A DNA stretch of 64,000 bases from an uncultured archaeon (GTDB taxonomy: Archaea; Asgardarchaeota; Thorarchaeia; Thorarchaeales; CAZPUN01). Both the position numbers and the translations under genes were made by a program. Of this stretch, positions 1 through 10,073 are shown in pieces. Where the stretch lies: contig CAZPUN010000021.1 of the NCBI GenBank assembly GCA_964589775.1, positions 53,768 to 117,767 on the forward strand. Direction: 5' to 3'. The notes beneath the pieces were generated by a model, which was given only the letters and a program-made list of their open reading frames with translations, was not told the DNA's origin and did no database searches. Position 1 is the first letter of the stretch. Each line of letters begins with the position of its first letter.

Positions 1-1
1 G

Positions 2-832
2 GCGCTTATCGTTTGCCGTCCGGGTCCCAGAATCGGTGATTATGCGCGGCGAATTGCAAATTTTCTAATTGACCGAAAAATTGAGGTTTATGCGACTCCT
101 GATTCATGTCCTGCTCTCTCAGAATTTATTATTGAATCTCAAATTCATGAATTAGAGCCTGATTTTGTCGTTACGGTTGGTGGTGATGGGACTGTATTGT
201 ATACCCTATCAAAGTTAAAGCGTCGCGATATTCCTCTTTTCTGCATTAATCGTGGCTCTTTTGGATTTATGACTGAAACTGATCTTGATAATGCAATACC
301 AGTTCTTGAAAAAGTTCTATCCGGAAATTATTGGATTGATGAAGCAATGAATTTATCTTCCGGTTTCGGAGATCAAATTTTTGCTGATGCGCAGAATGAA
401 GTAATGGTACATTCTGCTAAACCGGGGAAAATAATGACGTTCGATATTTTTCTTGATTCCGTATTGATCGAACGTGGGCGAGCAGATGGTGTTATTATTT
501 CTACCCCCACTGGCTCCACTGCTTATGCGCTTTCTGCAGGCGGTTCAATTCTTGATCCTCGTTTGAATGCAATAATTGTTGTACCCATATGTTCTCCATT
601 ACTAGAGTTACGCCCCATTGTTGTCCCTGGAGATAGCTCCATTGAAATAAAGATTACAAAGCCTCATGGCGAGGGCTTAGTTGTGATTGATGGGCAGGTT
701 TCATATAATATACCTCCTTTATCTACTGTTTGGATTAAAAAATCAAAGATTAAGACCCGTTTTATTCGGAGTGTAACAACATTTTATGATCGCTTTAGAA
801 CCAAAATAACTCGGGAAGACGATAATTTATGA
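2..832 (+). CDS. nadK: NAD kinase (ATP-NAD kinase), 5'-partial; the reading frame is open from the window edge
   Basis: The frame upstream of the listed ORF has no stops and encodes DFVVTVGGDGTVL (GGDG motif). Downstream it encodes VIISTPTGSTAYALSAGGSILDP, the NAD-kinase signature. The gene continues before position 1. Confidence 0.85.
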   Translation, partial: ALIVCRPGPRIGDYARRIANFLIDRKIEVYATPDSCPALSEFIIESQIHELEPDFVVTVGGDGTVLYTLSKLKRRDIPLFCINRGSFGFMTETDLDNAIPVLEKVLSGNYWIDEAMNLSSGFGDQIFADAQNEVMVHSAKPGKIMTFDIFLDSVLIERGRADGVIISTPTGSTAYALSAGGSILDPRLNAIIVVPICSPLLELRPIVVPGDSSIEIKITKPHGEGLVVIDGQVSYNIPPLSTVWIKKSKIKTRFIRSVTTFYDRFRTKITREDDNL

Positions 833-1335
833 AGTGTGTTGTACTAGACAGTGGTGCGATATTTAAAATTGATATTTCCGTTTTGCCATTTTCTTTTTTC
901 ACAACGCAATCTGTACTTTCTGAAATTAAAAATAGACGTACTGTGTCCCGAATAGACTTCGCCATATCCGCTGGTCGCTTGAGTATTCAGAATCCTAATA
1001 ATAATTCGATTGAAAAAATACAGGAAGTAGCAACTAAAACTGGGGACATCGCTGTATTATCCCATGTAGATATTGATGTATTGGCGCTTGCTTATGAGTT
1101 AAAAGGGTCGAATGAAGATGTTGAACTATGGTCTAATGATTTTGCAGTTCAGAATGTTGCGAGTATTTTGAATATTTCGTGGCGTTCTCCCGAGTATAGA
1201 ATAAAATCTGTATTGATCTGGGAATTTAAATGCCCGGGTTGTGGAAAGAGGTTTAAGAAGTTGACTCATGATGGTCTTTGTGATGTGTGTGGTACGCCCC
1301 TACGCAGACACAGAAAAAAACGAGTTATGCGCTAA
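829..1335 (+). CDS. Nob1-like PIN-domain endonuclease with a C-terminal zinc ribbon
   Basis: The N-terminal PIN-like segment reads VVLDSGAI...DIDVLALAYEL. The C-terminal CPGCGKRF...CDVCGT motif is a zinc ribbon. Length is about 168 aa, typical of archaeal Nob1. Its ATGA start overlaps the nadK stop. Confidence 0.5.
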   Translation: MKCVVLDSGAIFKIDISVLPFSFFTTQSVLSEIKNRRTVSRIDFAISAGRLSIQNPNNNSIEKIQEVATKTGDIAVLSHVDIDVLALAYELKGSNEDVELWSNDFAVQNVASILNISWRSPEYRIKSVLIWEFKCPGCGKRFKKLTHDGLCDVCGTPLRRHRKKRVMR

Positions 1336-1414
1336 CCTTTTAAAGGTAAATAATACGTGTGTAATACTAATATAAAATAATTAATTTTACGCGTGATATT
1401 TTGAGGCGAGGTAT

Positions 1415-1651
1415 ATGGTAAAACAAAACGAAATTTTACTTATTGACCGTGATATTGAATCATTACGTATGGAAGTACGAAGAGAAATTGAATTAGTGAA
1501 AAAGTTCTTTGATGATTTTAATCCTACGGATATTCCGTCTCAAGTTGTTATCTCGGCTCAAGACTTTGTTGGATTTGGGAAATCTGTATCTAAGAATCAA
1601 ATAGTTGCCGACTCACAATTAAGAGAAAATTTGAAAGAACTAAACTTGTAA
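1415..1651 (+). CDS. Hypothetical small protein (78 aa)
   Basis: A GAGGT Shine-Dalgarno-like motif lies about 6 nt upstream of the ATG. I recognise no family. Confidence 0.3.
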   Translation: MVKQNEILLIDRDIESLRMEVRREIELVKKFFDDFNPTDIPSQVVISAQDFVGFGKSVSKNQIVADSQLRENLKELNL

Positions 1652-3442
1652 TAGAGTTCTTCTTCGTCTTTTATTTTGTTTTGGCTTCAGGTATTTTGCA
1701 AGTTCTTCAGCTTTTTCTTTTAGAATGTCTTCGTTCTCTTGCACAGTTATTAGTGCTGATATCTTGTCTTGATTCAGTATCTTTTGTAGTATTTCTGCTA
1801 GTTCAACAATCTCTTGGTCGGTCGAATTCATTTCCAATGCTGAAAGTAGCTTATTAAGGTGGTCTGATGGTAATTTTCTGTTAGTTTTTAGATATATTAA
1901 CAATGCTGAATATAGGTCCTCTAATGCTTCTGAATAACCTTCGATATTCATGAGCTCTTTTGCAGAATGTAAAAATAGATCATATGCTTTGTTCAATGCT
2001 TCGGGTTTGTTTAATTTTGATAATTCACGAGCTGCATTTCGTATCCATATTGAAGCACACTCTGCACCGCACAATTTTTCATATGCTTTTGCTGCTTTCA
2101 TAGCTAAATCTGCTGCAGTTTTTCGTAAATGTTCTGCACTTGGTTCTACGTTGATTTCTTCACTTGTATCAGCGGCTTTTGAACACATGGTTGCAGCTTC
2201 TTCAAAATTTTCAGTAATCATATTTTCTTGCATAAGTCCGAGATACAAATCTCTTGCCATTTCCAAATAATGCTGGAAATCCTCTCCCATGATTTTTGAT
2301 ACTTTGGCCGCGCGTTCATAATTTAGTGCAGCTTCCGAAAAGTCTCCTTCATCTTCACTTGATTCAGCTCTTACTAAATATTTGTTTAGTAACTCATCAA
2401 GGATCTGTCTTCCTTCGTTTTCCATTCTACTTCTTAGCATACATGTGGCAGCTGTAATCTTATATTCATCGATTAGGTCTTCTTGATTGCTATCTGCTTT
2501 TGCTGCGAGAGTAAGAAATAATTCCGCTGCATGTCTATATGCCCATCTAGCTTTCATGACTTTGTTTAGGCGTTCGAAAATTTCTGCAGCACGTAGAGCT
2601 AATGTTGCTTGTTTTTCAGGGACTTCATCAACCTTTTGAAATTCTAAAGCTGCTTTTTCAAGAAATATTTGTGCTTGTTGAATTTGCCTATTTCGATCCA
2701 GTAATTCCGCCAAAAATTCGTAAACGCTTCCTGCTTTTGAATGCATGGACATGTGGGAATAGTATTCTGCAGCTCTTTGGAATTCTTTTGCGGCACGCAT
2801 ATCTTGGTCTAGTTTCAACAATATTGTTCCTGCATCTATTAATGCAGATGCGCCCTCGTCGTATTTGCCTCGAGATACTGCAATATCTGCCTTTTGATAA
2901 AGTAATTTTATAGTGCTTTTCCATACCTTATTTGCTTGTATATAATCTTTAAGTTCCTCATATTTTTCTGCAAGTTTCTTTAGAAGTTTAATCGCATCAT
3001 CAAGTCTTCCATTATCTATGTGTTGTTGAATGACTTCTTCCATAAGTTCAATTATTTTCTTATTTATATGAATTAGTTCAACATCGTCTTGAATAAGATC
3101 CGATGCATTTTTGAAGAAGGATAGTGCTTCGTTTGGTTTATTATATCTTCTAGCGATTCTCCCTGCTGTTAAGAAAATCTGTGAGACTACATCAGAGGTC
3201 TCTTCAGGTTCGCCTATTCGTGAATATGCTACTGCAGCTTTCTTATAGCATTTCAAGCACTTGTCGATTTTTTCTGCTTTTTCATACAAGTCTGCCGCAA
3301 TTTGATATATCTCTGATGCTAATTCGTTATCTCCATTATGTTCAGCATGGGCTGCGGTATTCTCTGCTAGCACTGCAGCTGCATTATATTTCTCCTCATT
3401 TTTCAGATTCTCGATTTTTTCAAGCATCTGTTTTATATCCAA
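1640..3442 (-). CDS. TPR-like alpha-helical repeat protein (600 aa) with a basic C-terminal tail
   Basis: Long stretches of helix-pair repeats rich in A, Y, L and E match TPR/Sel1-like periodicity. The C-terminus is KPKQNKRRRR. Confidence 0.5.
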   Translation of the reverse strand: MDIKQMLEKIENLKNEEKYNAAAVLAENTAAHAEHNGDNELASEIYQIAADLYEKAEKIDKCLKCYKKAAVAYSRIGEPEETSDVVSQIFLTAGRIARRYNKPNEALSFFKNASDLIQDDVELIHINKKIIELMEEVIQQHIDNGRLDDAIKLLKKLAEKYEELKDYIQANKVWKSTIKLLYQKADIAVSRGKYDEGASALIDAGTILLKLDQDMRAAKEFQRAAEYYSHMSMHSKAGSVYEFLAELLDRNRQIQQAQIFLEKAALEFQKVDEVPEKQATLALRAAEIFERLNKVMKARWAYRHAAELFLTLAAKADSNQEDLIDEYKITAATCMLRSRMENEGRQILDELLNKYLVRAESSEDEGDFSEAALNYERAAKVSKIMGEDFQHYLEMARDLYLGLMQENMITENFEEAATMCSKAADTSEEINVEPSAEHLRKTAADLAMKAAKAYEKLCGAECASIWIRNAARELSKLNKPEALNKAYDLFLHSAKELMNIEGYSEALEDLYSALLIYLKTNRKLPSDHLNKLLSALEMNSTDQEIVELAEILQKILNQDKISALITVQENEDILKEKAEELAKYLKPKQNKRRRRTLLQV

Positions 3443-3448
3443 TACTTT

Positions 3449-4549
3449 TCACACCCTGTTAATTAGAATTGGTTTTTGTTCATGCGAAGACTTGTATGCC
3501 ATATCAACGACCAGATGAGCTTTTGCTGCATCATCAAATCCAGGATATGGTACTTTATCTTCCAGAATTGATTTAATATATATATAGTCCTGAATTGCAT
3601 ATCTTTCAGAACCAATGTTTATGAGTGCATCAATTTGCTCACTGTTGAGTGAGTCGTATTCAAATCCGATTTTCTCTAATAATCTCCTACTCGCGCTCTC
3701 ATATGAAATTGCTGTTGGCTCTCCATCAGCTTCATGTATTATTAATGTTTTCTTTTCTTCCAATATTATTTTGATATACGCTTTTTCAAAAAACACTTCA
3801 ATTTCTCTATTCGAGGGGCGATCGACTTTATGCCATATTGAATCTATGCTTGTTGTCATTCCATTCTTATGTGTCATGATCAATGAAGCATGATCATCCA
3901 ATTCTTTTTGTGTATAATAATTAATTTGTGCGTATACACTTCTAATATTTCCAAATAACCACATTAATAAGTCTACATCATGTATTGAGTGCTCTAGGAG
4001 TGTTCCTCCACCTGCTATTTCCTTATTTCCACGCCATGCAGAATAATTACCCCAGTTAATCGGAATGTGTTGGTCGTCTCTGATATGTGCCACCATTGGA
4101 TGTCCCAAATTATGCTCGCTAATATAATCACGTACGTAATTTAAAAATGGATCAAATCGCAGAACTAATCCAACTTGCCCCTTTAAACCTGATTTGTTCA
4201 TAATATTTCGCATTTCATTCGCTACAGAATAATTATGTGCGAGAGGCTTTTCGCAAAACACATGTTTTCTTTTCTCGATTGCAAGTTCTAAAATTTCTTT
4301 GTGCCATTTCGTCGGTACCAGTATGAATACTGCATCAACGTTAGGATCCTTTATCAAGTCTTTGTAATTCATAAAAGATTTTTTTGCATCGAACAATTCT
4401 GTAGTTTCAACTAGTGTTTCCTTATCTATGTCTGCAATTGCATATATCTCTGCATCCAGAAGATTTGCTTCTATCAGTGCAGCTATTGACATCAAATGCA
4501 TTTTGCCAATATTTCCAGCTCCTATGAACCCTAACTTAAGTCTAGTCAT
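3449..4549 (-). CDS. Gfo/Idh/MocA family NAD(P)-dependent oxidoreductase
   Basis: The N-terminal Rossmann motif is KLGFIGAGNIGKMH. The EKP motif is present (VFCEKPLA). Confidence 0.8.
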   Translation of the reverse strand: MTRLKLGFIGAGNIGKMHLMSIAALIEANLLDAEIYAIADIDKETLVETTELFDAKKSFMNYKDLIKDPNVDAVFILVPTKWHKEILELAIEKRKHVFCEKPLAHNYSVANEMRNIMNKSGLKGQVGLVLRFDPFLNYVRDYISEHNLGHPMVAHIRDDQHIPINWGNYSAWRGNKEIAGGGTLLEHSIHDVDLLMWLFGNIRSVYAQINYYTQKELDDHASLIMTHKNGMTTSIDSIWHKVDRPSNREIEVFFEKAYIKIILEEKKTLIIHEADGEPTAISYESASRRLLEKIGFEYDSLNSEQIDALINIGSERYAIQDYIYIKSILEDKVPYPGFDDAAKAHLVVDMAYKSSHEQKPILINRV

Positions 4550-4569
4550 CTTTAGTCATCACTTGTTCT

Positions 4570-4989
4570 TTATTCGCCCTGTACTTGTACAATGATTCTT
4601 CTGTTTCGTGGGCGGTTATCAAAATCTACAAAAACAATCTGTTGCCATGTTCCCAAGGCAAGTTCCCCATTTATTATTGGAACAACAATTCCCGGACCCA
4701 TGAGGGATGCGCGTACATGTGAATGACCATTACCATCATGCCATCTTTTATGATGTTCGTATTCAATATTTTTCGGCGCTATACGTTCCATAAGAGCTGG
4801 AAAGTCCTCTAGCAGTCCAGGTTCATACTCAATTGTTGTGATCGACGCTGTTGAACCGGGTACAAAAATCAAAACCATTCCATTTTTTATATTACTCTTA
4901 TTTACGATACTTTCAACCTTTGAAGTTATATCCTTAATATCAGTATTTCCTCGAGTACTTAGAGTAATATAATCTGTGTATACTGTCAT
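4570..4989 (-). CDS. YjbQ/UPF0047 family protein (secondary thiamine-phosphate synthase-like)
   Basis: NGMVLIFVPGSTASITTIEYEPGL and HVRASLMGPG match the YjbQ family. I chose the internal ATG at 4987-4989 (MTVYTDY) as the start because GAGGGTG precedes it. The track ORF runs to 5016. Confidence 0.65.
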   Translation of the reverse strand: MTVYTDYITLSTRGNTDIKDITSKVESIVNKSNIKNGMVLIFVPGSTASITTIEYEPGLLEDFPALMERIAPKNIEYEHHKRWHDGNGHSHVRASLMGPGIVVPIINGELALGTWQQIVFVDFDNRPRNRRIIVQVQGE

Positions 4990-5071
4990 TTGACACACCC
5001 TCGCACAAATATACAACTTTACATGGTCTAATCAGTACTTAAAATTTTAGTTTTCAAAAATTAGTGATTTC

Positions 5072-5148
5072 GGAAGCACAAGGCTAAAAATAGACTTGAG
5101 AGGAACGCGGGTGACTAGGCTTAGGCAAATAAATAGCCCTGTGCTTCC
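5072..5148. ncRNA. Candidate structured RNA element: a GC-rich island closed by a long-range 11/12-bp helix
   Basis: GGAAGCACAAGG at 5072-5083 pairs with CCCTGTGCTTCC at 5137-5148. About 53 nt of GC-enriched sequence containing GGCTAGG and GGCTTAGG motifs sits between them, in an otherwise AT-rich intergenic region. It does not fold as a tRNA. Confidence 0.2.
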
Positions 5149-5264
5149 AAATGGTAGCAATCTTGAAGGCTAGGTTTTCATTATGCTACGATTATAATAA
5201 TACCACGACTCTATTTAAACTTTATGATACTATATGCACGTATCGATACCATCTGTACGTATAT

Positions 5265-6617
5265 TCATAGCATCATACTCATCATATCTATTTGTGAATA
5301 CAGTTCCTTGATAAGGTTGAAAGATGAAACAAGGACTCTTTCTTTTGCAATTACTGTTAGATTAATATTGATCTCTTTATTTTTTGAGATGATTTCTAGA
5401 TTTATTAGTGGTGCAATATTTTTTAGATTGTCTTGTATTAAATAACTACTCGATAATCGTTCAATTACTTTTTCGTTTGTTCCCTGCCACTGAAAGATCT
5501 TTTTTATTTCCATTGATGATATATATGTTGATTCAGGTAACTCTGAAAGTTGAACACATTTGATTATAAATTCTGGAATATTAGACACTATACCTTTCGC
5601 AGTTGCTATAATTTGTGAATTATCCATTTTGAATGTAATTGTTCTTAAGGCTCCAAAATCGGTGCTAAAAATAATTTCATCGTAATTTGATTCATCGGGC
5701 CTTAGTAGAACTTTGCCATATATCTTTATTGAAAAGATCTCATCATTTATGTTTGGTATTTCTGAAAATCTTGTATATTGTAATTTTTTCGGTTCTTGAT
5801 ATTTCTGAGTTTTTTGTTTTTGTTCAACAGATTCTTTCGTATCTTTTTGATGGGTTGAAATCTCTTGTGTATATTCTATGTTTTGTTTTTTGGCTGATGT
5901 TTTTGTTTCTTCTGAACTTGGTGTAGCTGGTAAAATCACACCGCGTTCTTTCAATAATTTTTCATAACTTTCTGACAATGACCGTGATATTCCTTCTATT
6001 AATCTTTCTACTGAAAACATATATTTTCGGTTGAATTCTGCTTTAAAATACACTTTTGTTTCATTTGATCGTACATTTATTATTATATGTCTAAATTCAT
6101 TTGTGGAGCTAAGTACAAAATCAATCATGCCATAGTTAATAGATTCTAAAAATTCTTTACAAGATGACTTTACTTTTAATGTGTCTGAACTTTGTATATT
6201 CATTTCATATTTGTAAAATTTGCGCGGTGGATCTTCGTATCGTTTATCATATATGTTCAAAGATATTTCACTTGAATTGCATACAGGCAAATATTTCTTC
6301 ATCATTCTATGAAAACTATTTGTCGTTGTAATATTTACTATACCGAATGAACCATCTATGAATAAGAGTCCAGACTTTATTGTTTTACTATATTTAGGTA
6401 CAAACTCGTACGCATTTGCCTTATTTTTCTTAATTGAACCTCCCCATTCTCTAAAATATTCTTTTATTATCTCCTCAGAACTATTCATATTTGTGATGGG
6501 ACCACTATCTTCAATTAATTTCTTTCGGACAAATCCAAAACCTACCAATAAACCTGCAATTATTAAATTCACATCAAAACATAGTACAATCATTTCCCGC
6601 ACCATACCATTACCCAT
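5265..6617 (-). CDS. Hypothetical membrane-anchored protein (450 aa)
   Basis: There is one N-terminal hydrophobic helix (LCFDVNLIIAGLLVGFGFV), followed by a long soluble region with a K/E/Q-rich low-complexity linker. I recognise no family. Confidence 0.4.
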   Translation of the reverse strand: MGNGMVREMIVLCFDVNLIIAGLLVGFGFVRKKLIEDSGPITNMNSSEEIIKEYFREWGGSIKKNKANAYEFVPKYSKTIKSGLLFIDGSFGIVNITTTNSFHRMMKKYLPVCNSSEISLNIYDKRYEDPPRKFYKYEMNIQSSDTLKVKSSCKEFLESINYGMIDFVLSSTNEFRHIIINVRSNETKVYFKAEFNRKYMFSVERLIEGISRSLSESYEKLLKERGVILPATPSSEETKTSAKKQNIEYTQEISTHQKDTKESVEQKQKTQKYQEPKKLQYTRFSEIPNINDEIFSIKIYGKVLLRPDESNYDEIIFSTDFGALRTITFKMDNSQIIATAKGIVSNIPEFIIKCVQLSELPESTYISSMEIKKIFQWQGTNEKVIERLSSSYLIQDNLKNIAPLINLEIISKNKEININLTVIAKERVLVSSFNLIKELYSQIDMMSMML

Positions 6618-6779
6618 ATATTCGTAAATTTCCTTATAAGGAATCTTATTTTTGAGTCGTTTTCCGTTATCCTAATTCAAATTGTTACTTTTGCCCTCAA
6701 TATCATAGATAAAACATTATATTAATATTAAAAAGTCCACAAATTTTGTAATAACGAATGAGTAGATTGGTGAAGTTAG

Positions 6780-8135
6780 TTGCCAAAATTTGAAAAGGTA
6801 TCAGTAATCGGGTCTGGAGCTGGTGGTCTATTAACCGCATTAGGTCTAGCGAATCGAAATATCAAAACTGATATTTATGAAATGGCTTCACATATTGGTG
6901 GTAGATTTTACAGTTATTATGTTGATGGATATTGGGTTGATGAAGGGTTACATGTTATTACTCGAATAAATTCTGGTCCTTTCATTCGTTTTCTGCGTAA
7001 TAATTTGAAGAGCATTCCAAAATTTGTGCCTCATGAAGGTTGGTATTTTAGAGTTTATGATCGTGAAGACACTGTGCCGAGTAGTGTTTTCAAGGCATTA
7101 AAATGGAAGCTAGTTGATTTTTCCGGGCGTATCCAATTACTGAAAATTGGTGCAAAGATCAAAACAATGACTCATGAGAAAATGTTGCATGAAAAAGATA
7201 AGACATTCGCTCAATATTTGGATGAGCATAATATTACTCATAAAGTACTTCGCGATATTCTTGAAAGTGGATTATATCTCGCTACGGGAGTTCCGATAAC
7301 TGAAGCCTCAGCTTATGAATCTTTAATGACTTTGAAAGATACTGATAAAAATGAGCCAAAATTAAAGGCAATCAAGAAAATACTCTTCGGAACCAACGAT
7401 TATGATGAAGGTTATGTAATTGGTGGTATGGGTGGCTTATTAGAACGAATTGTTGATGGAATTCATGGGGAAATAAAAACACAGTCAAAAGTAACCCAAA
7501 TCGATGTTGAAGACAATCAGGTTGTAGGTATTCATGTCAATGGTGAATATATTCCTACAAATTATGTTGTCAGTAATGTACCATTATGGAGCCTATATAA
7601 GCTTCTTCATGGTGTTGATTCCGAGACCATGAACTGGTTCAAATCCTATAGTCATATGCGACCTACTTATGGGCTTACTATATGGTTTGGATTGAAGAAG
7701 AAAGTATTGAATGATCGAAAATCCCGTGTTATTGTGTATCCTCGTCCAAGTGCATGGATTGTCTCAACGAGTGCATACGATCCCAGTAGAGCTCCTGAGG
7801 GAAAGGAATTGGTCGCCGTTGCGACTATATTACAGAAAGGCGAAAATCCCAAAAAGAAAGCCGAACTGTTGAAAGAAGAAGTATTAGAAAAATATCATCC
7901 GGAAATTTTGAAATATGCGGAGATGGAACATATACAACATTCCTATGCTACGCGAGCCGCTCTGATTCTTGGACAGACTTCTCTAGACCGCCCTGGACCT
8001 AGAACGCCAATCAAAGGCCTATATATCGTCGGTACAGATACCGCAGGAAAAGGTGTGGGATTACAGCATGCAGCAAATTCTGCTCTGGGCGCAATTGACG
8101 CAATTACAAAAGATATGGAGATGCAAAATCAATGA
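6780..8135 (+). CDS. FAD/NAD(P)-dependent oxidoreductase, phytoene-desaturase (CrtI)-like family
   Basis: The N-terminal dinucleotide-binding motif is VSVIGSGAGGLLTALGLA. The C-terminal LYIVGTDTAGKGVGLQHAANSA is typical of CrtI-like amine-oxidase-fold enzymes. The start is TTG, immediately after an in-frame TAG. Confidence 0.65.
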   Translation: MPKFEKVSVIGSGAGGLLTALGLANRNIKTDIYEMASHIGGRFYSYYVDGYWVDEGLHVITRINSGPFIRFLRNNLKSIPKFVPHEGWYFRVYDREDTVPSSVFKALKWKLVDFSGRIQLLKIGAKIKTMTHEKMLHEKDKTFAQYLDEHNITHKVLRDILESGLYLATGVPITEASAYESLMTLKDTDKNEPKLKAIKKILFGTNDYDEGYVIGGMGGLLERIVDGIHGEIKTQSKVTQIDVEDNQVVGIHVNGEYIPTNYVVSNVPLWSLYKLLHGVDSETMNWFKSYSHMRPTYGLTIWFGLKKKVLNDRKSRVIVYPRPSAWIVSTSAYDPSRAPEGKELVAVATILQKGENPKKKAELLKEEVLEKYHPEILKYAEMEHIQHSYATRAALILGQTSLDRPGPRTPIKGLYIVGTDTAGKGVGLQHAANSALGAIDAITKDMEMQNQ

Positions 8136-8728
8136 AGCCTATGGAATTTTGGATTGTAAGTGGAACTGGAATAAGCAAAACTCATATGTTAAATGCATTT
8201 GATAATGCGCTAAAAGAGTGCGGCTTGATAAACCAAAATTTGGTCTATGTTTCATCAATTCCCCCTCCCAAAATGATCGACGTTCTCATTATTAATGGTG
8301 CTACTTGGGTGCCCATGGAGTATACAAAGGATCGTATTGAACCTGTATCAATCAAGTTTGAGAATGATAAATCTTACTTACGAATCCCAGAGCAGGAAAT
8401 TATGTATGTTATTAAATCTGTATCCGAAGGAACTTCTGGCGAATTTATTAGTAGTGGAATTGGAGTTGCTTGGTATTGGATCGATGTAGAACACAATGTT
8501 CTTGGAGCAGTTGCTATGGAAGAATATGGACATCTTCCAGAATCAGAAATGCGCGAGTTAATTGCAGATCGTCTTATTGAAATGCTTAAGGCACGTGGCG
8601 TTGAACCCGTCCTAGAGAACAATGAGCCAAAGATGAAAATCGTAACCCGCTCCATGACCGTTCCTGAAGATCATTTCGGTGTATGTGCGGTTTTTGTTGT
8701 TTTCAATCCCTACACTATGCGCTATTGA
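8132..8728 (+). CDS. pdaD: Pyruvoyl-dependent arginine decarboxylase
   Basis: WIVSGTGISKTHMLNAFDNALKECGLINQNLVYVSSIPPP matches the PdaD family, including the SS cleavage/pyruvoyl site in VSSIPPP. The ATGA start overlaps the upstream stop. Confidence 0.7.
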   Translation: MKPMEFWIVSGTGISKTHMLNAFDNALKECGLINQNLVYVSSIPPPKMIDVLIINGATWVPMEYTKDRIEPVSIKFENDKSYLRIPEQEIMYVIKSVSEGTSGEFISSGIGVAWYWIDVEHNVLGAVAMEEYGHLPESEMRELIADRLIEMLKARGVEPVLENNEPKMKIVTRSMTVPEDHFGVCAVFVVFNPYTMRY

Positions 8729-8847
8729 TACTTAATAACAACTATTTCCTCTAAATCATTCAATCAGAGTACTCCTATCTTAATACCTTCTTTTTCTCTA
8801 TTGTATTGAAACGAAAGAAAAGAATATAAGTGAAAAAGGACCACTAT

Positions 8848-8873
8848 TTTATGATTATATAATAGTTAAGGAG
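8848..8873 (+). promoter_or_regulatory. Putative TATA-like box plus Shine-Dalgarno for the 8883 gene
   Basis: TTTATGATTATATAATA is followed by AAGGAG 9 nt before the ATG. This is positional inference only. Confidence 0.25.
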
Positions 8874-8882
8874 ATTGAAATA

Positions 8883-9947
8883 ATGGCAAGAATTAAAATT
8901 GCTCTTGCTGGAATTGGAAATTCCGCTTCAGCCCTTGTACAAGGCCTTGAATATTATAAGGGTAAATCTGTTGAAGATTCCTTTGGACTAATTCACTATG
9001 AATTTGCAGGATATAATGTTGAAGATATTGAAGTTGTAGCCGCATTTGACGTGGCGGAAGGTAAAGTTGGAAAAGATTTATCTGAAGCAATTTTTGCGGC
9101 GCCAAATAATGTTATGAAATTTGCTGATGTACCCAAGACTGGTGTTACTGTAAAAATGGCACCTGTGCTTGATGGTATTGATGAGCACCTTAAAGTTCTT
9201 GTTAAGATTTCTTCAGAAAAGCCTGTTGATGTTGCGGAGGAACTGAAAAAATCCGGTGCTGAGATTTTGATCAACTTAGTTCCAGGCGGTGCTGAGAAAG
9301 CTTCGCTATTCTATGCTGAGGAGGCACTTAAAGCAGGTGTAGGATTTATCAATGCCGCTCCTGTTGAAATAGCAACGAACAAAGAAATCGCAGAGAAATA
9401 TAAAGCTGCACGACTTCCATTGATAGGTGATGATTTACAAGATCAACTAGGCTCTACAGTTTTAAATCGCGATATTCTTCAACTTCTCGTGAAGCGTGGA
9501 GTCAAAATTGATGCAAGTTATCAGTTAGACGTCGGTGGTGGTTTAGAATCTCTTGATACTCATGTACGATGGAGATTGAAAAAGAGGGAGATTAAAAGCA
9601 AAGCAATTGCACAAGATGTTCCTTATGACGCTGCACTTGTAGCCGGGTCATCTGACTATGTAGACTTTCTTGGGAATGCCCGTGAATCGTACTTCTATCT
9701 TAGAGGTTTCCAGTTTGGTGGAGCTCCTATCGACATAGACATTAGATTTCATGTAACCGATGGCCCGAATGCTGCAGCAGTACTACTAGATACAATTAGA
9801 GCTGCAAAGTTAGCAATCAAGCGAAAGATCGGCGGACCATTAGTGTCTGTATGCGCATATGGTTTTAAGAATCCTCCACAAACAGCAACATTATCAGAAG
9901 CAGAACGCATGATTGAAGACTTTATATTGGGTAAAAGAACCTCATAA
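8883..9947 (+). CDS. myo-Inositol-1-phosphate (inositol-3-phosphate) synthase family, archaeal type
   Basis: The N-terminal KIALAGIGNSASALVQGLE, IGDDLQDQLGSTVL and SYQLDVGGG resemble the archaeal IPS family (compare GNDGKTGETLV and SYNILGD in known members). This rests on recollection of family motifs. Confidence 0.5.
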   Translation: MARIKIALAGIGNSASALVQGLEYYKGKSVEDSFGLIHYEFAGYNVEDIEVVAAFDVAEGKVGKDLSEAIFAAPNNVMKFADVPKTGVTVKMAPVLDGIDEHLKVLVKISSEKPVDVAEELKKSGAEILINLVPGGAEKASLFYAEEALKAGVGFINAAPVEIATNKEIAEKYKAARLPLIGDDLQDQLGSTVLNRDILQLLVKRGVKIDASYQLDVGGGLESLDTHVRWRLKKREIKSKAIAQDVPYDAALVAGSSDYVDFLGNARESYFYLRGFQFGGAPIDIDIRFHVTDGPNAAAVLLDTIRAAKLAIKRKIGGPLVSVCAYGFKNPPQTATLSEAERMIEDFILGKRTS

Positions 9948-10073
9948 TTGCTGTTTTTCTTTTCCTATTTTTTAGATATTGAGACCATATCAACAGAAAT
10001 ATTAATTATTTCTATATCTTAGTTCTTGGTGTAAAATTTGGAGCGTGTCCGACTCTCTTTAGGCACTGCAATA

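Noticed and set aside
1950-2913. Antisense ORFs inside the TPR protein gene (1950-2270, 2602-2913, 2688-2924, 3181-3462)
   Set aside because: They are fully embedded in a 600-aa CDS with coherent repeat structure on the other strand, and they have low-complexity translations.
5072-5148. Possible tRNA, based on a perfect 7-bp acceptor-like pairing (GGAAGCA/TGCTTCC)
   Set aside because: No D-arm, anticodon arm or T-arm (no TTCRA loop) can be drawn in either orientation, and there is no CCA-compatible 3' end. It is retained only as a generic structured-RNA candidate.
7630-7650. GGTTCAAATCC T-loop-like sequence
   Set aside because: It lies inside a well-supported CDS (6780-8135) and has no surrounding tRNA stems.
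8374-9274. Antisense ORFs (8374-8655, 8893-9105, 8996-9274) overlapping pdaD and the IPS-like gene
   Set aside because: They are shadow ORFs opposite well-supported CDSs.
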